The position numbers and the translations under genes are program-made. A DNA stretch of 64,000 nucleotides from the human T2T-CHM13v2.0 reference genome, Homo sapiens, in NCBI RefSeq assembly GCF_009914755.1, contig NC_060927.1; one strand, given 5' to 3'. The notes under the pieces are model-generated. The model saw nothing but the letters and a program-made list of their open reading frames with translations. It was not told the DNA's origin and did no database searches. Below are positions 56,370 through 64,000 of this stretch, one piece after another. Numbering within the stretch: the stretch's first letter is position 1; every line of letters begins with the position of its first letter.

Positions 56370-56897
56370 AGTCCTAAAGCAACCCCCAAGAAAGTAACTA
56401 AAAATAGTTAAAATTATTAAATGAGTTAAAATACCTTAATAGGAAAATATACACTTCATAAAAATAAATTAGTAAAGAAGAAACAGGGGAACAAATTAGT
56501 AATGGAATATATAGACAAAAAAAGCATGACAGCAGACACAAATCTAATCATATCAATGATACCAGGACAACCATATTGTTCTGATAATAATTCAATCAGA
56601 AGACAGAGGTTGTCAAACGGGTTAAAAAAAACAAAAGAAACAGTATCTAACAATATGCTTTTTACAGGAGACACAATTTAGATCCAAAAATATCAGGTAC
56701 TATCTATGTTCACTACTTGGGCAACAGGATCATGAAAAACCCAAACCACAGCATCACGCAAGATATCCATACAGTAAACATGCAGCATGTATCCCCTGCA
56801 TCTAAAATTAAAAAATAATCCCATGAAAAATAAATATATTTATACTGAAAATAAAATAAAAAACAAACACAAAAAAAGATAAAATAGGTTGAGAGTA
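56370..56897 (+). mobile_element. L1M inter-ORF/ORF2 start fragment containing a nested old L1PA 3' end (about 56690-56870)
   Basis: AGACAGAGGTTGTCAAACGGGTT...TTTACAGGAGACAC; nested GGTACTATCTATGTTCACTACTTGGG...CCCAAACCACAGCATCACGCAA...ATCTAAAAT. Confidence 0.65.
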
Positions 56898-57571
56898 CAC
56901 TTTGCTTTCAAACTCTACTCCTTCCAATCCATTCTTTATTCGGAGTCTACTTCTTGAAATCACCTATGGCTTTCAATTACACTTAGAAACAATAAAATAA
57001 ATTCCAAAGTTTGCCTTGTGTTTAAAGCCCTACAACATTGTTCAACAGGTGGATGTCCAGATTAGAAGCATCAGTATCACCTGGGAACTTGTAAAAAGTA
57101 CAATCTGTTTCTGTAACACTCTCCTGTTTCGCTCAAGTACAAAAACCACTCCTCTACATGATTAATTAACTGTCCAACTGCTCTGCCCTCATTTTATGTC
57201 TCTATTTTTTTATTGCCCTAGAGCCATAGTTATTTCCTTTTGTCTTTTTGAACAGGCTAAATCAGGTCCAGTTTAAAGCACTTGGAGTATCTGTTTCCTC
57301 TGCCTGAGGAAATCCTTCTTTGGTATTTCTATGGTTCCTCTCTATTTTCACGTCTCCAATCAAATTTCACTCTCTTCAAACATTTTTTTCCATACTCCAG
57401 TCTAAGCAACCTTGTTCCACTGCTTGCGTCTTTTCCTATCCCCTCGTTCCATTTATTTTCCTTGCAGTTGCTTACCATTTTCTGAAATTACCTTGAGCAC
57501 CCATTGGTTGACCATTTTTATGTATTCCCTTCCCCCCTTTAAAATATAAGATTCAAGAAACAAGAACTTCT

Positions 57572-57899
57572 TGTTCTTGTGATAGTTTACTGAGAATGAT
57601 GATTTCCAATTTCATCCATGTCCCTACAAAGGACTTGAACTCAGCATTTTTTATGGCTGCATAGTATTCCATGGTGTATATGTGCCACATTTTCTTAATC
57701 CATTGTTGGACATTTGGGTTGGCTCCAAGTCTTTGCTATTGTGAATAATGCCACAATAAACATACGTGTGCATGTGTCTTTATAGCAGCATGATTTATAG
57801 TCCTTTGGGTATATACCCAGTAATGGGATGGCTGGGTCAAATGGTATTTCTAGTTCTAGATCCCTGAGGAATCGCCACACTGACTTCCACAATGGTTGA
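57572..57899 (-). mobile_element. Inverted L1PA2/3 segment (ORF2 C-terminus) of a twin-primed insertion
   Basis: Minus-strand ORF WKSVWRFLRDLELEIPFDPAIPLLGIYPKDYKSCCYKDTCTRMFI is the L1 ORF2p C-terminus; 8-bp deletion near 57702. Confidence 0.95.
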
Positions 57900-58142
57900 T
57901 ATTCTCACTTATCGGTGGGAATTGAACAATGGGATCACATGGACACAGGAAGGGGAACATCACACTCTGGGGACTGTTGTTGGGTGGGGGGAGGCGGGAG
58001 GGATACCACTGGGAGATATGCCTAATGCTGGATGATGAGTTAGTGGGTGCAGCGCACCAGCATGGCACATGTATACATATGTAACTAACCTGCACAATGT
58101 GCACATGTACCCTAAAACTTAAAGTATAATAATTTAAAAAAA
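57900..58142 (+). mobile_element. L1PA2/3 3' end, sense part of the same insertion
   Basis: ATATTCTCAC...GGGAATTGAACAATG...GAGTTAGTGGGTGCAGCGCACCAGCATGGCACATG...CCTGCACAATGTGCACATGTACCCTAAAACTTAAAGTATAAT; GAG rather than ACA at the Ta position. Confidence 0.95.
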
Positions 58143-58181
58143 GACAGTAGATATATTAAAAGAAAATAAAAATAAAAAAAA

Positions 58182-58371
58182 TAAAAGAGCATGGCAACCC
58201 TCCCTTTCTCTCTTGCTCCTTCTCTCACCATGTGACATGCCTGCTCCCCCTTTGCCTTCTGCCACAAATAAAAGCTTCCTGAGGCCTCACCAGAAGCTGA
58301 GCAAATGCTGGTGCCATGCTTGTAGAGTCTGCAAAACCTTAAGCCAAATAAACCTCTTTTCTTTATAAATT
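58182..58371 (+). mobile_element. MSTA/MSTB LTR fragment carried as an L1 3' transduction
   Basis: TAAAAGAGCATGGCA...CCATGTGA...AAGCTTCCTGAGGCCTCACCAGAAGC...GCCAAATAAACCTCTTTTCTTTATAAATT, then an A tail and the TSD. Confidence 0.88.
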
Positions 58372-60272
58372 AAAAAAAAAGAAAGAAACAAGAACTTCTA
58401 TATCAACAGTCTCTATAACAGTGCCAGACACATAGGATAATGGGTATCTAAGTGTTCATAATTATATTTCAATACATTTTATGTATATATAGTTACATGA
58501 AAACTTAATTACAAATATCTTTCGACACTGAGCATCATTTAGAACACCCCCTATTAAAGCCATCTTCTAGTATAATTGAGAAACTAGATGACCATTCCCA
58601 AATCAGATCTGCTGGCATTGTTGCTCTGACTTTCTTCCATTTGTTTTCTATTCTTCCTTAGGCAATGTCTTTCTTTGTCCTCTTCAACTCATGAGCTGAA
58701 GTTCACAAGAGATACACCTCTGCAGCTTCTAAAAGGGCTTCCAACATGCATTTCCTGGGGCTTTTCATAGGGCAGGCTATCTTTTCTAGATTGCCCTTTA
58801 CTTTTATTCACAGCATCCATATGCTGCAGGTATTGATGTGCCATATTGATGTGCCATACTTTATTAATGAGAAAGAAAGTATTGCCACAAATGCGGTAAA
58901 GAGATTTTAAATTACACTCTTTATATAGATTTTCATCTAATCTGAACAAAAACCTCAAGAAAATAAATAGTTATGGAAGAGAACTTTATGGATGCACCCA
59001 GTTCCTAAGCTAATTTCTTTGTCCTCAAGTTCACTGTCTTCTTTGCAACTGCTCATCTTGTATCTTAGTGCAAATTTCTAACAACATTTTGAGGAACCCC
59101 ATAAGGGCTGAGTTTACCCCCAAGTGCAATTTCCTTCCCTAATCAGTGCATCCTACCAAGCGGTCTCTAGTAGAATTTATTCTCCAAAGGAGACAAGGGC
59201 AGCATTTCTGAGCCTGCTTCCCTTCAAGGTCTCCCAACTAGATATTTTTTATTATTGTCATTGTTGTTGATATTGTTATACCTTAAGTGTTTCTGGTTTC
59301 TTTGTAGAAAGTATTAGACATGAAAATGGAGGTGGACTTTGGCTGGCGGGCTTCAGTGAGGAAGCCACTGCTGGTAGGCCACATTTAGTTACAGAGCTAG
59401 AAAATTAATTTTAAGTTCACAACTTTACATTGGCTTTCCATTTGAATATATTATTGCTATACATTTTTTAAAAGTAAATCTTCCTTGACCACCAAGATAT
59501 TATACTCCATTGACAGTTACTTAAATCATTTCTCTTACCAGAATATAATTTTTGTGTCTAGGTGGCTAAGATATCAGTAGTGAAAGGAATGTTTAGGTGG
59601 CCATTTTAGTCACTCCTTTTAGGGTTGAGAAACTGAAGCCCAGTGAGAATTTCAAAAACAATACATATATAGCACATTTTCCCGTTGTTTGTATGGAAAA
59701 AATAATACCTGGAGGAGGTACATAGTCAGAGTTAAAAGAAGGTTATAAGTTTCAGTGATTAGAACATAAGATAAAGAGCAAAACAAATGTGTATATTACC
59801 CAATCCATCAATACATTTAGTAATTTTGTCTTACAAAAATACTCACAGAATTGCAGAAAATACCTTTAAGAATATTCATTGCAGTGTGATGGGCATATTG
59901 CAACATAGGAATAAACCATATAGCAATTAATGAAATAATGAGTAAATTATTGGATAAAGAAATATGGAATAATAAAACCCTCAAAAGAATATGTATAGAT
60001 AATTTTACATGTAATGTATTGTTAGGTAAAAAGTAGATTGCATCACAGAACAAGATATATAGCATTATTACACTAAATAATGTGTGCATACATACAAACA
60101 TGTAAGAGTTCATATGATCTATGTGTATGTGTACAGGAAAAGGTCTCAGAGAACATATGGGAACATACAAATGCTATTATTTTCTTTTTATTGAAAAGTG
60201 AATTTGTGTATGATGAAGTTTACAGTCTTCCATATTTTTTAAAAAATATATTCCATTAGAATGTATTTATTT

Positions 60273-60277
<5 letters not shown>

Positions 60278-60343
<66 letters not shown>
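60278..60343. repeat. Compound microsatellite (TA)15(GA)18
   Basis: Direct count. Confidence 0.95.
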
Positions 60344-60346
<3 letters not shown>

Positions 60347-61769
60347 CATATGTACAGAAGTCCGTCCTTTGTTGGGGAGATATTAAAGGTAGTAGATCAT
60401 AATACTAATAAACAATGATTATACAGTGCCATGTATTAGCTTTAATGACTGTGGCCTAATTTAGATATTTCTGCGTTCCAGTTTTGCTAAAATGTCTTTG
60501 TTCAATATCAATTATTTAATGCTTTCTGTGAGCATATCAGTGCATTCATTAATAACTTGAAGTATAAACTATCATAGTTTGCATGCAGAAGTTCAATTTT
60601 TTGCTAAAGTGTTATACAACATATTTGGCCAGTTTGCTATAATCGTTTTAGTTGAGCATTTCCGATTCATGGCATTTTCTTGCCAATGGCAATTTCAAAA
60701 GTGTAATTGAAAACATATTAAAACATAACACTTAGGAGCTCATGTTAACAAAATACATTTTACATTTGGTATGCTTTCACATGAGTATCACATATGCTTT
60801 TAAATATATTAAAAAATTATTTAAAGTACATATTTATATGCAATTTATTTTAAATATATTTCTAAATGTTAAAAGGTTCTATTGGTTTTCTGTTTAAATT
60901 CTGAGGCAGTAACAATAAAGAGAAATTATTGAAAGTAGTAATTTAGAATAAAGAAACATAAAAGACCAAGGTCACTATAGAAATGCAACTCTTATAAAGA
61001 GTCTCAATAAATATTGTTTGTTAATAACACATATTGGGACTATGGTAATTTCATTACTTTATATCTGCATTTAAATGTGCTAAGCAGAGCCAGGAAAATT
61101 AAAACCTTGTGAAATTGGTATTTAAGTGAAAATAAATGTGAAGATGAGAGTTGTCTATGTGTTATTTGAAATGAAGTCTGAAGTCTTGCAATCTTCTTCC
61201 CTGGAGGGTTACTGAATGAGAAAAGAGTGATAAGAAAGAACTTAGCATGAACCCTTAAGTTAGTATTAAAAAAGCCAACCAAGAGCACTTTGCTTCATGA
61301 ATCTGTACAATGCAGTGAAGATATCCAAAGTGTCTGGCAGTACACAATAAACTTAAAAATAAATGTTGATAAATGTATTTATTTTTAAAATAGAATTTTT
61401 CTTCTTAAAACTCACATCCAACTCACCTGCTACAGATGATAACTGTGACACTATGGACATCAGATTTGGTTGTTTATACAGACATTCATTTCTTGAATGG
61501 CTTTTTAACCCAAATTATTGTCAACCTATTTTTCCAAGCCTTTTTCACCTATAGAATCTGTTCTCTGAATCTGTGAAATCAGTTCCTCTCAATTATTGAC
61601 TAATTTATGACCAAGGCTTTCACAGACTTACATTTACCTATTACAAAGTCTCCAATTAGTCTTGGAGCTAGAAGCACGGTGTTTAGATATAAAGTACTAA
61701 CTTCTCGTAATAAATAAACAAAAACAGAAAAACATATACACATACTATAATTTTAAAATATTATAAATA

Positions 61770-62064
61770 GACCAGGCGCAATGACTCATGCCTGTAATCC
61801 CAGCACTTTCGGAGGCTGAGGCAGGCGGATCACAACGTCAGGAGATCAAGACCATCCTGGCTAACATGGTGAAACCCCGTCTCTACTAAAAATACAAAAA
61901 ATTAGCCGGGCGTGGTGGCGGGCACCTGTAGTCCCAGCTACGCGGGAGGCTGAGGCAGGAGAATGGCGTGAACCCCAGGAGGCAGAGCTTGCAGTGAACT
62001 GAGATCACGGCACTGCACTCCAGCCTGGGCGACAGAGCAAGAATCCATCTCAAAAGAAAAAAAA
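61770..62064 (+). mobile_element. AluY
   Basis: GGCTAACATGG, GGCGTGAACC, GAGCTTGCAG; TSD ATTATAAATA. Confidence 0.93.
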
Positions 62065-62186
62065 ATTATAAATAATATGTTTATAATGTTATAAATAATA
62101 TTTTCATATGCAATGGTGTTTATGCCATGTTATTGTCAGTATATTTTTCTTTCTTAACTTTTAAATTCCAGGTGTTTTGACCTGAG

Positions 62187-62228
62187 TACTGACACATTAT
62201 TAATTCCTCCTTTTTCTTTCTCCGCAGG
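62187..62228 (+). other. Candidate strong 3' splice site (branch point, polypyrimidine tract, CAG)
   Basis: TACTGAC (A at 62192)...TTCCTCCTTTTTCTTTCTCCGCAG|G with AG at 62226-62227. Confidence 0.45.
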
Positions 62229-64000
62229 GGTTGGACTTCAGCTTTCATAATTCTGGGTATTGAATTGTGGCTATCACTATCCTACTGCATAGTGACTCAC
62301 CAATGAAGAATCACATTTTTGTTCTAACTTACTAGAAGCAGAATCTACAACATCTTGGTGGGGCAAAAATGGTTGTGGTGCTCAACAGTGAAAGGGCCAA
62401 TGCTTGGTTGGGTCCAGGCCTCAGACCTAAATTGGGTAAAAAACGTTGTACAAAATATCCAGTAGCAGCAAACGCCAGAGATTAAGAATTATGTGTAAAC
62501 CTTGTCCTAGAGCACACTATAAATTAAAATGGGGAAGGAAACTCTTCTCTTAATTTCAAGGGATTTAAGGGGGACAAGAAGCCATTGAAATGAAGCCAAC
62601 AGTGGCAAAAATAAACAAACAATAAATCAGATAATTTTCCAGTCATTTTCTAGAAAGGAGTCTACAGAGCCTGAGACACCTTGATTGACCTTTAGGTGAC
62701 TTTACGTAGTTGGGCTGTGATAGAAGCTAAGCTTATTTTAGCTGCTCTTGAAGACGGATGAAAAGTGTATAGTGGCTGAAACATGTTAGAAATTTATTTC
62801 TTGTTCACCTAACACTACAAAAAATAGTATTTGCGCTCCACAGTCTATACAACCTAGTAATAATTCAAGGATTACTGTCTGTGCACCTAGGTAAAAGAAT
62901 AAATGGGTGTGGTGAATTAGCTAGTCATTGTTATAAACACCGTTATTTAAAGACACATGACTGACATTGATCTATCTAGAGAACTGGGTTTAAATGTTCA
63001 ATCTGCACCTCTTTTGATTGGTGATGATCTTGATCTGTACATATTTTTCATGTACTATAGCTGGATTCGCTGTCTACTATTTCTCAAGTTTCCTTGAGGG
63101 TAATCTAGATTACCTATTCCTATTCTATCCCAACTCTGAAATCCTTTCCTTTTTTTTCTGCAATTTCCTTTAAGGTCACTGAATACTCTCTAATAATGAT
63201 TGCTTGAAATATGATTGTCAATGTGTTAAGGAGGTTAACATAATTAATATGACATCTGTTAGCAATCTACAACTTGGAGATAATTGTTATGCATTTCTAA
63301 TGACATGTGAAAATGCTTTGAAAAAGCATGAGTTACTATGTAAATGCAAGTTAATATTAAGGGAAACCACGAGGTACTGTGAGTCTACTTTATTCCAATA
63401 CAAATGCTGTCTCCTTTCTATTGTACTTTCCTGTGCTACTATGTACTCTAGGTATCCATTGTTTTGTGCTTTGTGGGAGAGTAGACCCCTGAAGTGACCT
63501 CTGTGGACAAAAGATATAGATGACAGGGATGAAGTTGGAATGTCTGCCTAGTCTCTAAAATATAGAAATGATGAGAACTTTTTAATACATGGCCTTGCAG
63601 GTTGCCTCAGTGTGGCCTCAATGGCCTTGGGACATCATTATGAGTATGAGATTATTTAGGAAACGATATCCTTATAGTTCTCTATATAGCATTGTTTGCC
63701 CTATACCTTCTACCTCCCTACCCCAGCAATAATCAGCTTCATCAATATCGAAATGTTAAAAGTGTGGGAGAGAATAATTGAAATGTAAAAACTGAATCTT
63801 CATTTCCTTTCTTTCCTCTTTCCTTTCTTTCTACATCATTTTGTAAACATCCAATTCAATACGTAAAGTCACCTTATGTTGATTTTGACTGGCTTCCTCT
63901 CAGTTGACGTCTACATTTTTGAGGTATATAAGATTCCTAAATGTGTGGAGTCATGTCAGCTTCCCTCTTATCACCCTTATTAGTCTTCTGTGAGTTCAAT

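Noticed and set aside
57695-57892. ORF with real protein homology
   Set aside because: It is a frameshifted L1 ORF2p C-terminal fragment in the inverted segment, not a gene.

Overview
AT-rich, CpG-depleted primate (human-like) non-coding DNA, intergenic or deep intronic. I find no credible protein-coding gene: the listed ORFs come from Alu, L1, LTR or simple repeats, or are chance ORFs. The window is a mosaic of Alus (J, S and Y lineages), L1/L2/MIR fragments, solo LTRs (LTR12, MER66, MER50, MER39, MER34-like, THE1, MST, MLT1, MLT2) and hAT MITEs (MER20, MER33). Subfamily names are from memory of consensus sequences, not from a database search. The most informative structures are retrotransposition fossils. 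(1) An L1PA2/3 insertion at 57555-58399 has perfect 17-bp TSDs, a twin-priming inversion and a 3' transduction polyadenylated at an MST LTR signal, possibly built by serial transduction. (2) An old full-length U6 is fused to an L1 3' end at 3186-3550. (3) A young AluY sits inside the central linker of another AluY. (4) An ancient L1 keeps both termini and its TSD but has an ORF1-to-ORF2 internal deletion. (5) A sense LTR12 solo LTR lies about 11 kb upstream of a very strong 3' splice site, a candidate LTR-driven lncRNA. I cannot support a genuinely new biological system from this sequence alone.
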